The notes beneath the pieces are model-generated. The model searched no databases and was not told the DNA's origin. It saw nothing but the letters and a program-made list of their open reading frames with translations. The position numbers were made by a program, and so were the translations under genes. 64,000 bases of DNA from Paraspadella gotoi (taxonomy: Eukaryota > Animalia > Chaetognatha): contig CM119266.1 of assembly GCA_051294375.1 (NCBI GenBank), positions 15,661,429 to 15,725,428 on the forward strand, in the 5' to 3' direction. Positions 31,132 to 44,639 of the stretch are shown piece by piece. Numbering within the stretch: the first letter of the stretch is position 1; each line of letters opens with the position of its first letter.

Positions 31132-34100
31132 TGTTCCCACTTTAAATTTTTCAGGCCTTTACCCCGCGACCGTCTACGAGATTCGTCTGCGTGTTTGCGT
31201 AGACCTGGCGGAGGCGAAAGTCGTTTGCGTCGTGAGCGAGAAGGGGGCGACGGTGAGGAGAAATGGCTAATATTTACGACTAAATACTCTGCCTTAAGTT
31301 AAGGCTTAACTCGCAGAGTTGAGTTTTTAAAAAAAAATCCTGTTAGCAGTTATAAACGCTCTTTCTCGCACTAAGGTAACCACAGCCGAATCCCTCCCCA
31401 CCGGTCAACCCCCTCCGGTCGTTCTCGCCGCCACGCCCACTTCCGTTCGACTGATGTGGCGCCCCCCCTCTAAACCCAAAGGGCGTCTCGTTGGCTACGT
31501 GGTCTTCCGCGACAATCTCCTCATGCACGAGACGAGCGACGTCGCGACAGAGAAATCGACGATCCTTGATGAAGGATTGGAGCCCTTTTCCGAACACTCT
31601 TATCGCGTGGCGGCGCTCAACGCAGAGGCTAAGCGCCGTAAGGATAAGGGCGCCATTAGTGACTCGGTTGTGGTCAGAACCGCGCCGGGGGCGCCGCTAG
31701 AAGTCGAGGCACCTTTGGTTAGACCGTTGGGTGAGATATAAATTGATTTTAGAACGAATTTGATATATTTATTCGTTTTTAATTTTTTTATTCGTATCAT
31801 TTTCTTTCTTTTCTTTTTCCCTGTGTTTTTTTCTACTTCTCTTTTTTCTAAGCTTTTTTTTTTTACCTTTCTATATATCTTAAGACTCCACGAGCGTGTC
31901 GGTGGCCTGGAACCCCGATCAGTCTTCCAGTTCAGACCTGGTTCGCGGCCACATCGAAGCCCGGCGAGTCCAGATAAGCTTAAAAGACAACGGGCATCTT
32001 ATCAGCGACGTTTTGTGCCCAAATTTTCGTCAACCTGAGGTCGAGTTCAGAGGGCTGTTGCCATACACAGAGTATGCAGTAAGAATTGCAGTGCAAAATG
32101 AGGTGAGTTGTTGGATATTTAAAATTTGAATCAACAAAATTTGAAGAGAGATTTAACAACGATTTTTATTTCATAGTGAAACGGACATGTTTCGACTCAC
32201 ATACGAGTCTTCTTCAGCGCCAATTCAATTTGTGAATTTGAAGAGAATTTTGTGCATAAAGAAAGAGAGAGAGAGAGAGACAGAGCAAAGTTTCCAACAC
32301 AGAGTTTGAGAAAAAGGATAGTGTTCAGTTTTTTATTTTCTCTCTTCAAACTTTGTTCTAAATCAAATCACAACGAAACAGAAAGGAAAAAAACACAATT
32401 TGAATCAAATAATTTAAAAAAAAAAAAATTTTAGTAATAGTATTTTCGATTCCAGGTCGCTCAAAAGTTCAGCGCTGAATCCTTTGTCCGCACAAAAATG
32501 GCTTCTCCTTCAGATCTGCAGCCTTTAAAGGTTGAAACTTTGGACGGCGGAACGGAGGCGCTTGTCTCGTGGGAGGAACCAGAAAATCCGAGAGGTCAGA
32601 TTAAGAGGTCAAAGGTCAACGGAGATAAAAATCCATGGATTATACTAGTTATTGCTAATTTGTTAATTTATAGTTTTTTGCTACTTTATTCTAAATTCGT
32701 AGGGGAAATCAGCGAGTATCGCCTCTTTCTCACGCCCCCATCCGGCGTCGTTTATGCCGTCTATTCCGGGCTTCGCCAACTCACCATGGTTTCCGACCTG
32801 CGTCCGGCCACCTCCTACGACCTCAGCCTCCGCGCCTGCACTTCCGGTGGTTGCTCCGACGGCGACGTCTATTCCTTCGAGACTCGTTCGGCGGCGCCGG
32901 ACGGCCTTTTGGCGCCCCAGTTGGACGAACAGCCAAGATGGAATCGAGTGGCTGTGATGTGGACTCCGCCCTCGATTCCAAACGGAGAAGTTGTCCTCTT
33001 CCGACTCTTAAAGAGTCTTGGAATCGGTCGACAACGTCGGGAGGAGGTTTCGGCGGATTCGTCTGGTTGTTTGCCATCACCTGTTCTCTTATGGAGACTC
33101 GAGAGATAAAGGTAAACAAGCAAATCTCTTGCAAATTTTCCTGTGTTTTCAATTTACCGTTATTTTAAATATTTTTCTAACTTACTTACTTTTCAAATTT
33201 GATACTTAGGATCGCTACGTATTCGTTGACACCGATGTTCAACCCGCGATGGTCTATGCCTACCAAGTAGTCGTTCACAACGCCGACGAATCTTCTCGTA
33301 GTCCGTGCCTTGTGGTGACAACGCCGGATTCGGTTCCAGTAGGACTCGACGCGCCGGAAGTACGTATTCTCAGCTCCTATGAAGTGGAAGTCAAGTGGCT
33401 TCCGCCTCGAAGCGCCAATGGCCGCGTACTACACTATGAACTCCAGCGCAACTCGTATATTCCTTTGTATTTTGACGGCGCCACCCCTCGGTTTTTTGTC
33501 GATACAAATTTGATTCCGTGGACCCAGTACTCTTACCGGCTACGCGCCTGCAATGCCGCCGGATGCGTCAACAGCGGTGCAACTTTCACCCAGACCCCGA
33601 TGGCTGCTCCGGACAAAGTCCCATCTCCGGAAATAGTCGACATCACGTCAGAATCTTTCTCTGTTAAATGGACGCCGACGGAAATTCCTAATGGCATCGT
33701 AGATCAATATCAGTTGCTTGTTGATGGAAATTCGGTCTTTGTCGGAAGCAGCTTAAATGCCACAGTCAAAAATCTAGAACCTTACGTGGTCTACGAACTC
33801 GCTATCCAGGCTTGCACCGACCGTGGGCGCCGGTGCTCAAAGGGGCCCTCAATTAAGACACAAACATCCGGAGCGGCTCCGCGAGAACTCGATGCACCGT
33901 TCCTTAACGTCCTTGGGCCTTTGGCGATTCAAGTTTCATGGTCTCCCCCGCGGCGACCCAATGGACGCTTACTTCAGTATAAACTCTATCGGGATAACCA
34001 ACAAACTCCAATTTTCTCTGGATCTGATCTCAGCTACACGGAGAGAGGCCTGGATCCCGGCGTGGAATACAAATACTGGGTTTCATGTTCCAACGGCGTC

Positions 34101-36258
34101 CCCCCATCGGCTAAAAGCCGCTCCAGCGCCACCACTACATTCGCCTCTGCTCCCGAGGGTCAAGAGCCTCCAGAATTGAGGCCACTGTCGTCATCAACTG
34201 TAAAAGCCTCGTGGAAAGAGCCGAAACTCTCCAACGGCGTCGTCATGACTTATCGTTTGTTCCGGGACGATCGTCTCGTGGTCTGCGAAGGCTTGGTCCT
34301 CAAATGCGTCGTTGACGATCTCAAACCTTTCTCCAACTATCGCTTCCGGGTTCAGTCCTGTACCTCCAGAGGTTGTGTACAATCCTCAAACGCCTACGTC
34401 CGGTCTTTAGAGGCCCCGCCTGATGGCATGGACAAGCCTGTGCTCGTTGCCTCAAGCACAGGGGTCAGGATTCGGTGGAAACTTCCGGCGACACCCAACG
34501 CACCACCACAGTCTCTTTTCTATTGCGTCGAAAGATCAGAAGTGCTTTCTTCTACGGATGACGCCCCTCTCCATTCTCGCCTTATCTATCGCGGTTCCTT
34601 TACTTTTCACGAAGACGCTGCCTTGCCGCCATTCTCTCTCTTTGCCTATCGCGTCATCGTCGAAAACTCTGCAGGCAACGGGACTTCCGGTTGGCAGAAA
34701 ATTCGAACAGCATCAAAGGCACCATCATCGCTCGAGCCTCCACGCGTGGTCCAGGTCACTGTCGGCCAAGTGGTCGTCGAGCTGCTACCACCCAATATGC
34801 CGAACGGTGACATAGTCGCCTCCAATGTTCTCGTCAATGGAGCACGCCGGGGCACTGCGGCCGGGCAACATCTCGTCGTCGTGGATGGTCTCGTTCCTAA
34901 CTCACGCTACGAAATCGCTGCTGAATCTTGCACTTCAGGCGGTTGCGTTCTCAGTTCTCCGACAGTCATAGTGGCTCAGTCCACGCCACCTCAAGGACTC
35001 GTAAATCCGACTGTCGAAATCGTCTCGCCCACTTCAGTCCTTGTCAAATGGCGCCCGCCTCGCAGCGTCAATGGCGTTTTGCAAAGATTCGAACTGCGAG
35101 TCGGCACCGTTTGTCCGCAGCCTCCACAGCCGGTCTCGTCGTCTTGCTCTGCCCCGGATCCGACGCTTCGCTACATAGGAAACCGCCTCTCAACGATCCT
35201 CTCTGATTTGACGCCATACTCTGCCTACTCTCTGTTTATTCGCGTCCACAACACCGACGCCGCCTCTGACTCGGAATCGGTTCCGTTCCGAACGCCGCCG
35301 GCGCCGCCAGCGGCTGTCAAGGCACCTTCGGTGGACCCGGGGCTAACTAAAGACGCAGTTGACGTACAGTGGAAGAACAGCTTCCTACTAAATGATAGGT
35401 TTGATTATTTCATTGGTTCTTATATTACTATTTTTATACGTAATTATAAGTTATAATTGTGTTTTATGCCTTGTTTTTTAAGTGGTTTTTTTTTCTTTTC
35501 TCTTTTTCGTTTCTCCCATATCCTTTCTCTTTTCAGCATATGAAACGCTCTTTCTATCCTTTCCATTTTAAAGTACATTTTTTTTTTAACCGTTCTCCTT
35601 ATCCTCAACCAGGTTGAAACGCTACTCGCTCTACGTTAACGGGGATGAAGTGTTTAAAGGTCTCGTCACAACTTTCGTCCTAAAAGTAGAAGGCGACGCC
35701 GACGACATCCTAGAAATTCGCGCCTCCGTCGAGACAGAGCGGCATCCCGTCGCCGTGACCACGCCCTCTGTCTTTTACGACGTCGCCCTTCGTCGCGTCC
35801 TCTTCGCCGCCCCGAAGACGACTAATTTCTATCGTCAAGCTTGGTTCTTCGTCGTCGTTATCGTCGCTGCTTTCGCCGTCGTCGTCGTCATTGTCGTCGT
35901 CGTAGTTCGACGATGTAAAACTAAAAGAGGGAAATCAACTCCGAGATCAGTTGCGAGCTCGAGAACGAAACTTCCGCTGCCGCCGAGGAAAAGACAGAGG
36001 ACCCTGGCGGACGATCCTGTCGGAGACGCGACTTTTCTTGAAGCTTTTGAAGGCGAGCGGCGGAAAGAGAAGGTCCGGCCCGGGAGACCAAAACCTAGGG
36101 CGAACCGAGCGAACGCCCAGAAGAGAGAGAGAGACGGTGGCGCCCATAACCCTGGCGCTCAGAAGAAGCAGATATATCTTCGAGAAAGCGCCTCGTACAA
36201 ACCCAGAAAACGACGGGATAGAAGGCGGAATGTGCAGGATGCGATAACTCATATTTAA
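29194..36258 (+). CDS. USH2A: Usherin-like protein B, tandem paralog of A, ~1724 aa, 12 exons, one apparent 1-nt frameshift
   Basis: Exons 29194-29406, 29580-29794, 29867-30100, 30243-30472, 30714-30941, 31155-31252, 31376-31730, 31885-32102, 32456-32594, 32703-33111, 33210-35398, 35613-36258. Collinear with A (SPCLVVTTPDS, PLYFD, APRELDAPFLNV, VVCEGL, CPQPPQPVSSSC, FYRQAWF-TM, terminal ITHI). The frame breaks near 33088-33092. Confidence 0.82.
32184..32217 (-). ncRNA. Minimal type I hammerhead ribozyme motif (Penelope-like pLTR remnant)
   Basis: Minus strand reads gcg CTGAAGA A GACTC gtatgt GAGTC GAAA C AT GTC cgt: intact core, 5-bp stem II and palindromic ACATGT stem III. The unit is bracketed by aatttgaagaga direct repeats. 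Confidence 0.7.
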
Positions 36259-36517
36259 ACTGTGACAAGTGCAGTATTTTTGAAAACATGATCCCCTGTT
36301 AATCGGCTTTACATGGTAGATTCACTCGTTAGTAAATACATTTTATATTACGTTTAAAGAAATAAAAAATGTTTATTTTTATACTAATATACTTTTAAAC
36401 CCATATACCCGTTAGTTGTGCACCAAGTAAGAGAGAAAATTCAAACCAGAGAAAGAAAAAAAGAGAGATAATGATGATAAGGAAAACAACATTGAAGCAG
36501 AAATAAATGAATGTTAT

Positions 36518-36587
36518 AAAGTCAAGGGCAAAATAGCTTATTTATTAAATGAATGGATAATTTTTATATTGGTTGTACCAATTTCAT
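36518..36587. repeat. ~145-bp repeat family, truncated copy
   Basis: Matches 2338-2407. Confidence 0.8.
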
Positions 36588-37000
36588 AAACAGAAAGTAT
36601 TCATTTTTGTCTTACGATTTAAAATTAATGCTGCTGAATATAATTAAGAAAGTGTAGTAGCAAAAACTGGTTGTAAATATTAAAATAATAAACAAATCTT
36701 GAACGTTCAACTTGACGTCAGGTGAATTTTTGATAAATTTTTATTAATGATAGATACATACCTTCAGATAATATTTATACCATAGTAGTTACGAATTTCT
36801 TTGGAAAAAAAATAGGGAATAAAATTTATGAAAAAAAAAATCAGAAAATTAAAAAAAGAAAAGTAAAGAATATTCCGAAATCTATCTGTACTCGATTACG
36901 AAAAAAATTACCCAGTTTTAAGCGTGATCGAACAGTTTGTAAATTTTGAAATTCATGTGTGTTGTTTATATCCTAAATTTGCAACTGTGTTTAAGCCGAA

Positions 37001-37129
37001 ACCAGCGTGAACGTGACGGGATTGAACCCGAAACTCACGGTTGAGAGAACGAGTACTTAGCTGTCCAAGCCAATGGAAGGAAGTAACTTTTACTAAGCTT
37101 TACGGGAGGCAAATTTAAGATTCGCCACA
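37001..37129 (-). mobile_element. tRNA-related interspersed repeat (SINE-like), copy 2
   Basis: Minus strand TCCATTGGCTTGGACAGCTAAG...CGGGTTCAATCCCG has Pol III A/B-box spacing; similar to 16126-16241. Confidence 0.6.
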
Positions 37130-39360
37130 AAGTGTTCTTTTTTTCAAGTTGTTGTTGTTCGAAAATCGAAGAGTTTCTTAGGTCGTATCGGTAATCATAA
37201 CGGTTGAGTTGAAGAAAGCATTGGTGTCGAGAGAGAAATGCGGAGTGGAGCTTCGTTAACAGTAAAGAGACAGAAATAAATGTTATGAGTGAGTGTCAGA
37301 ACCATTTAGCATAAGCATTAAGCAGTCCCTGAGATTCGGATCAAACTTTCACACAGTCCCTCTTGACCGGTAGGCGGCCACCGGCCGAGAACCCCGGACT
37401 TTCGAATTAAGAGGCCCAGATGATAAGTCATGATATTACAAAAGGTCATAACATAAAACCAAAAATTCCTAGTATAGTAATTTTGCCAACCTTTTTTATT
37501 TTTAAATAATTTATTGAAAAAAAATGTTAATTCAATATCGTTTTTTCCGAATTTTACAATTTCTGATTGCTAATTCCCAATTATTAAAGCATGTGTTACA
37601 TAAGGATTTTATCGATGCAATGATAACGATTTATTGACGCGATAATACATAATCGATCATCATGACAAGAAAATTCAAAAATAAATAAAGAGAGAGAGAA
37701 GCATAACTAATCATAACTAGATTTTTAATTCATCTACAATTGATGAATTTCAGTTAATACTTAATCAACTTAGTTCTTATTTGGTATGGGAGTAAGTTTC
37801 CAGAAGACTTTAACAGTGCATACGTATCATACTTGTGAAGTCACGTGATCACCTGAAAATACGATCACACATAAACACAGGAACAACGGACTTAAAATTC
37901 AATGCGACCTAAATTCTGTTGCTATTTTTTTAATTTTGACGAACCTCGAATCTGAACGACTGCTACTTTTTGTTTTTAAAGAAATATAGAAAACAAAAGA
38001 TCGAATTCTGATGCAGTGTGTGTCATGGTAGTCACGTAATCACCCGGAAATACAGATAAAATAGAGTCACTGCGGCGCAACACACATTGAAATCACCGTT
38101 CTTGTTTAACGATAAAACTATATCTTGTTTAATTGCAATAGTTGACTGATAGACCCGCATTTCAATTAAATTTTGGATTTGGTTCTACTTCCAAGTAGAG
38201 ACGGGAGAGAGAGAGAAAGAGAGAGAGAGACTTAAAAAATATGATTTCATGCGCCACGTTGGAACTCGAAAATTGTGTCCCATTCGAGGAAGAGGATCGA
38301 GTCGTGATCAGACAAGGGACGGCGAACTTTGGGCGTCAATCCTCGACGGAGAGAGAGAGAGTTTTGTCTGGTTGGATCGAGTAGTGCACGTGGATTTATT
38401 CTGTGTTTGCGTGGACGAGTTAACGCGATCGACTTATTGCCACGGGCCCACGACACTGGGTTTCATCGAATCAGTTTTAAAGCCTTATTTTGTGCTTGAT
38501 ATTGATACTAAGCAACAAATTCATTAAAAAAAATTGCTGCATGAAGTGAAAAAAACAAATGATTTTTAAAGAACAAGGTAAGGTAAATACAAACAATATT
38601 ACTGTTAATAAAGTTGAAATAATCGCTGAATAGCAAAGAAAAAAGATATAAACAAAAAGCATCAAAATAGTTTTTTTTTAAATTTGGCTTTCAGTTCAGG
38701 ACTTTAAAAATATGAATACTACCATGATGGAGAAAAAAATTGTCACGTAAACTTTTCAGCTAATTTTTGGAATTTTAATATAAATTTGAAATTTAAAATA
38801 AAATTTAAATATTGAAAAATTTTTGAATTTATGATTCATATGTGTTGTCTCATTTAAGTAGGATAAAAAAAATGCATCATCATATCATGCATTTATAATA
38901 AAAACTTAGGATGTTTCATAGAAGATCAAGATTTTTTACTTCTTGCCTAAGACCATTTCTTATCATATATCTGATAAAATATATCATATTATAGTTAAAA
39001 TATTAATAATTAGGTAAGTTGTTTGCTCGATTTTAAAAAAATCAAAAAAGTTAGAGATAGCCTCTCTAAGCATTAAATAATTTTATGCAGTTGAGAATGA
39101 ATATTTTTATTCTGTCTTATATATTAAAACCTGATTACTTATAAAAAAAATAACTCATTTTTACAAACCGCGACAATTTTTTTTTCCATCATGGTATAAA
39201 TTATTCCAAAAAATTCAATTTAACCTGAACCCGTTCGCCTCAAAAATGACGGCCTTCTCCAAATCATCGGCGCAAATATTTGCTTCGTTGGAAGTGGAGT
39301 TTGTCAGTTGGAGAATCGAGCGAGAGAAACGTCACCACTCTTTTTTCGAATCTCTCTCTC

Positions 39361-39437
<77 letters not shown>

Positions 39438-40702
39438 CTCTCTTCGGCGTTTTTTAAGCTATTACGTTTTGATAGAAATCGTGTATTTTTCATATTTATA
39501 TTTTAAAATAAAATTTACCACTTAAGACAATAGTTTTGAGACCTAGCTTAAATTTTACATCTTTTTCTTCCGCGCACTCTCTTTAATTATTTAAGTTAAA
39601 AGTTTAAAACAATAGCACAGTTGTAGCCTAAATCATGTAATTGTATTCTATTTTGGGCATTCTAATTTGGTTTTTGGTTGTTTGATTAAATGATTAAGAG
39701 CCTGATTAAACATACGAAATAAAGCTTTGCTGCGTAGTGCGTACGTCCAAAAATATTCTATTCTGAGAAGTTTGATTTGCATATAAAAGCACAGGAGTAG
39801 GAAAAAAAGGAGATAGAGGGGAGAGATTGAGAAAAAAAAAGAGAGAGAGAGAAAGAGAAAGAGAGAGAGAGAGATACAAATTACAATTACAAATTAAATA
39901 CAAGGAACAATTTACCTAAAATTCTTTTAAAGATATTTTAAAGTTTTTTTATTTCTCTCTCTCTCTCTCTCTCTCTCTGCATTGCCAAGTTTGGGGATTA
40001 TTATTATTACCTAGTCAGTAAGGAACAGGTAAAACCGGTATCGTCGGCTGAACTTTTCTTTTTACAGTCAACTTTTTGTTCTAATCTTAAGCAATGGGTT
40101 TTTGTTTTTGAATGATTTTGTCAATCCTCTATTCGCATAAAGTAGGATTGGCAAAAATATTTAAACTTCATTTTTATTTGAAACGTAACATTATAAATAA
40201 AAGATAGAAATATTCAGACATCTTGTCTTCCTTTTTCTCAACTCGTTCGCTTGTCATCTTCTGCGCCTCAAATTCATTTTCCCATTTTCTTCTTTCTTGG
40301 CGCCGGCTCACCATCGTAAACACTTTGGCGACTGGATGTTTGACGTCGTCAAGGAGACGGCTTTTACGATTATTTCCTTGTTTTTTTTTTCGCTGTGATT
40401 CAATCGATTTTATCATTTTTAATTTTTTTTTAGCTCCGAATAGTTTTGTTTTATACTAAACGAAAAGTATTAATGCCGGCGTTGATTAAACTATAACAAA
40501 CGATTCCTCGAAAGGTTTTTTTTAGATAAAAGGAAAAAGACAAACAAGTCACTCCTTTCACCGCGGAATTTTGCGTACGCGGCAGCTTCACCAGGGGCGG
40601 CTTCGACCACTACAGCAACTGCGACGACTGCGGCAGCGACGACAGCCTCAGCTGCGGAGGCGACGCGTCGCGATAAGAGAAGGCAATCGAGTACTGGAGG
40701 TG

Positions 40703-40752
<50 letters not shown>

Positions 40753-42405
40753 TTTGCCTCACCTAGGAGATCGGGTTCGATCCTCGTCAAGGGTCTCGGC
40801 TTCGGCTCCGATCTTCACTTCTCGTTCCGATCCAACTCGGGAAGGCTCTTTTCAGAGACTCACTTTCACAAAATTACAACTTGACAGTAGTAAACTTACG
40901 GTTAATTCTTTTAAAATACAACCGTAACTGTGATTGGTCTCTGCCGTCTCAGGGCAGAGAGACTCGTTCAAAGAAATATATTCCTCTTACTCAACATTTC
41001 TTCTTTTTTTTAATTTTTCGGTGCCTATCATTAAAAAAAAAAATTCAGTCACGAGAAAAATGAAAACATAAAACTTGATTCGGACTTTGAGCCTCTCCGT
41101 CTCTCGTTTGCATAAAGTCAAAGTCACTCGCTCTCGCCGTAGCTCTCTGCTAACATCGGCACAAATTTCAAACATATATCTTAAGTTTGTTCGTCTTAAT
41201 ATTTTAAATTTTCTAACTTTTTTTTTAATTTTCAAAAATTTCGCTGTTATGTCTTTCGAAGATGATTGTTTTGAATTTTGTTAAATCCATAACTCCGTAT
41301 CGGGTTGAAATCAAGTTTAACAATATCATAGTATAATTGAAAATCCTTAAATTTATGATACGAAGCATTTCACTTTCTCAGCGACATTCTATTTTATCAT
41401 CATTCTTTTTTTCTTTTCCGAATAAAATGGCGATCTGTACTACGTGTCCTCGAGAAATTGGTTATCGTGGGTTTTTTTTTTTTTCATTGGAAAAAAAAAA
41501 AAACTCAATTCGTTTTCTATCATCTCTCTATTTCTCTATTTTTCTATTTCTTTTCTTTTCTTTTTATTCATTTCTCCCAACCTTTAAAAAAAATTAATTT
41601 CTTCTAAACTTTGAAAGAAGTTTGGATTACGCACAATAAGAAGTAAGACACTTTAGCAACAATCGCGTTGCCACGACAATTCTTTTCCTTCTTCTCTCTT
41701 CTCTACGTTATTCCTACTCTCATTTTCTACTTCTCTACTCATTCTCCACCTCTTCCTATTTCCCTTCTCACCGCAAATCCCGACTCCACGCGCGATTCTC
41801 CACCGCAAAAAAAAAAAAAAAACGGAAAAAAAAAGAAAGAAAAAAAGAGAAGAAAATAAAGGAAAAAGAAAACCGGTCGTCGAAAGTCCTCTTCCAATTT
41901 TTGTTTCCTTATCTCCTTCGTCGACTTTCGCACCTGAACTGGGTGGCGACGTTGCCGCCGTTTCTTTTTTTTTTCTTAAATAATTTTTTTTTCTCATTTT
42001 AATTTTTGTATTTATACGCTTTTTATGCAGCCAGCGCAACTTATGCCACGCCCCCCCCAAAAAAAAACCTCTACCGAAGTCTCTCAAGGGAGCTCTCTTC
42101 GACAGTTTGACGCGTGGCTCAAATTCACTGTCATGGAGTTGCTCTCTTTAATGACGAGGTACTATCGCCGAAACGGGAGGGAAGGCATTCGTGCTGCTGC
42201 TGCTGCGGTTGCTGCCTCGCCGTGAAGTTTATCAAAAATTTCCGGCAACCTCGTTCCATAATTTTTTTTCCTACGATCGCCCTTATCTTTTTTAATTAAC
42301 TAAACAAGTGAATTAATGAGACACTGACTTATGCAGAATTTCTATTTCATTCGTTGAGCGGAAAGTTCAGAAGTTACACGAAGAGATAATCGTCTTCATG
42401 AAAAT

Positions 42406-44553
42406 TCATGGTGATTTTCTCGATGGCAGAAGCTGAAGTTCTATGGGGTAATGGTCGCTCACGCGAAGAGCCTATTAGAAAAATCATTTTAAAATTAGAT
42501 TAAAAATCAAAAAATTAGTACTAGTAGCAATAGTAGTGGTGGTAGTTGTAATGGTAGTAGTAGTAGGATGTTGTAGTAGTCGTTATATTCGTAGTAGTTG
42601 GTCGGAATGGTAGTAAGAGTTGTAGTAGTAGTAGTAGAAATAGTAGTTGTAGTGTTACATAGTAGTGGATTATAGTTCTAAATAGTAATAGTAGTAGTAG
42701 AAATAGTAGTTGTAGTGTTACATAGTAGTGGATTATAGTTTTAAATAGTAACTAAAAAGAGTTATTTCAGTAATAGAACAAATTTACATAGTAATATTCA
42801 TATTAGAAAAAAGGTATTTGTTGCAGAAAGGACAACTTAACTCTTTACGTTTTATATCTCTCTTCTTTTACGTATGAAAAATTATCCTTTTTTCCCTTTT
42901 TAATAGTTTCACTTTATTAATCGTCCTCCTCCTCCTCCTCCTCCTCCTCCTCCTCCTCCTCCTCCTCCTCCTCCTCCTCCTCCTCCTCACCGTCTCCAAA
43001 TCCAAACCATAAAACTTCCGGAAATCAAAGACGCTGGCGGATTCGCGGATGACGCCGCCGGAAGCGAGACGCCCGCGCCTCGATAGCACGAACCTAGTGG
43101 CGAAAAAATAGAAGTTAAAAAAAATCAAACGATTTCCTTTATATTTATTTTTAATTCAAATGTTTTCATTTGTCGGCTTTTTTTCTTGTTTTGTTTTTTT
43201 ACTTTTTGTTTTGTATTGTCATACATCGAGAGAAGCTTGCTATTAGTTTCTTCTCGTGAAGATAAGAATTTTTTTCCCACCGACATTGCGGGTTCTCGAA
43301 GCTTCACCACCGTTCCCAGTAAAATTTCGCATCAAAATGGTTATTGACCCCAAACGCGAGAGTGAGAGTAAAAGGAAGCAGCCATATATACTCGATTGGA
43401 TGGAGTAAGGGATAAAAGAGATTGACAAATAATTCAATTTATCCCCTAATTTATACTGGATTAAAGAATGTTGACAAATAACAGTTGTCAGTAAAGTTTT
43501 TTTCTTTTTTAACATCTCTCATATCCTCCCTTCTTATCCGAACGGTCGTTAAAACCATGGTTGCCCTCGGGGAATTGAAAGGATACGATCGGTATTAGAC
43601 ATTTTCGAGAACTAATGCCTTGTCGTTGTTGTTGTCTTAATGAAGGGATTTTCTTTGTCAGGGGAGGCTGAGAGAACGGCTGAATAACTTTCCTGGTAGA
43701 TTTTTCTCCTTCGCTGGCTGCTCAATTCGCACACATATATTTGTATATACCAATTTCATAAAATTCAGCTCCTTGTATTTGATGCTAGTGCGGAGTCAAT
43801 AAGTATTCCCCGATCTATATACTTAAGGGAGTGGTCTTTTCATACAATTGAAACATTCTTTGAAATATTTTCCACTTCATTGATAGGGAAGCCAGTACTC
43901 TGGGAGTGAATAAACGGGACTGTGAGAGAGTCTTGTTTTTGAAAGCTTGCAGGGACCTGCTATGTCATTATCTTGTAAGAGTGATGGAGGCCTTAACCAC
44001 CAAAGCCTGTCCAAAGTCAGGGGCAAGATGCTTATTTATTAAATGAATGGGATAAATTTTATATTGGTTGTACCAATTTCATACGAATAGCAATTCATTT
44101 GAGAACGTCAAAAAAGGATGATTGGCGTTTTTTTTGGTTTGTCAGAAACCAACGGACTCGAAACGTCGATAAGGATCCTATGAGCTTAAAACGATAGTAA
44201 TGAATAGCATGGCCCTCCATCTAAGTTACATAATAATTTCAGAGTGATCAATTATTGTATTTTTTTTTTTATTGAACTTTTTATGGACTCAGATACGAGT
44301 CATACGACTACAGAAAAAAAAAAATTTTCAACTATACCACTAGGATTGTTTCTTCATAAACCTCATTTATTACATGTTCGTACAACTTAAAACATTTTGC
44401 TTTTTTCGATTTTCAAATTTGTTGTTGAAACTTGGAGTCTTAATCTGATAAAAAAAAACCGAAAATCTCAACGAAGAAAAAGTCGAGGGAAAGAAGGAAA
44501 ATCAGAAAATCACGCGCGCGGAAACTCCACTTCCGGTCTCTTTCTCCTTTGCA

Positions 44554-44605
<52 letters not shown>

Positions 44606-44606
44606 T

Positions 44607-44639
<33 letters not shown>

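Noticed and set aside
37001-37080. Possible tRNA gene (also the B-box-like GGTTCGATCCC at ~46736-46750)
   Set aside because: No convincing acceptor stem or cloverleaf, and the 37-kb copy belongs to a repeat; treated as tRNA-derived sequence.
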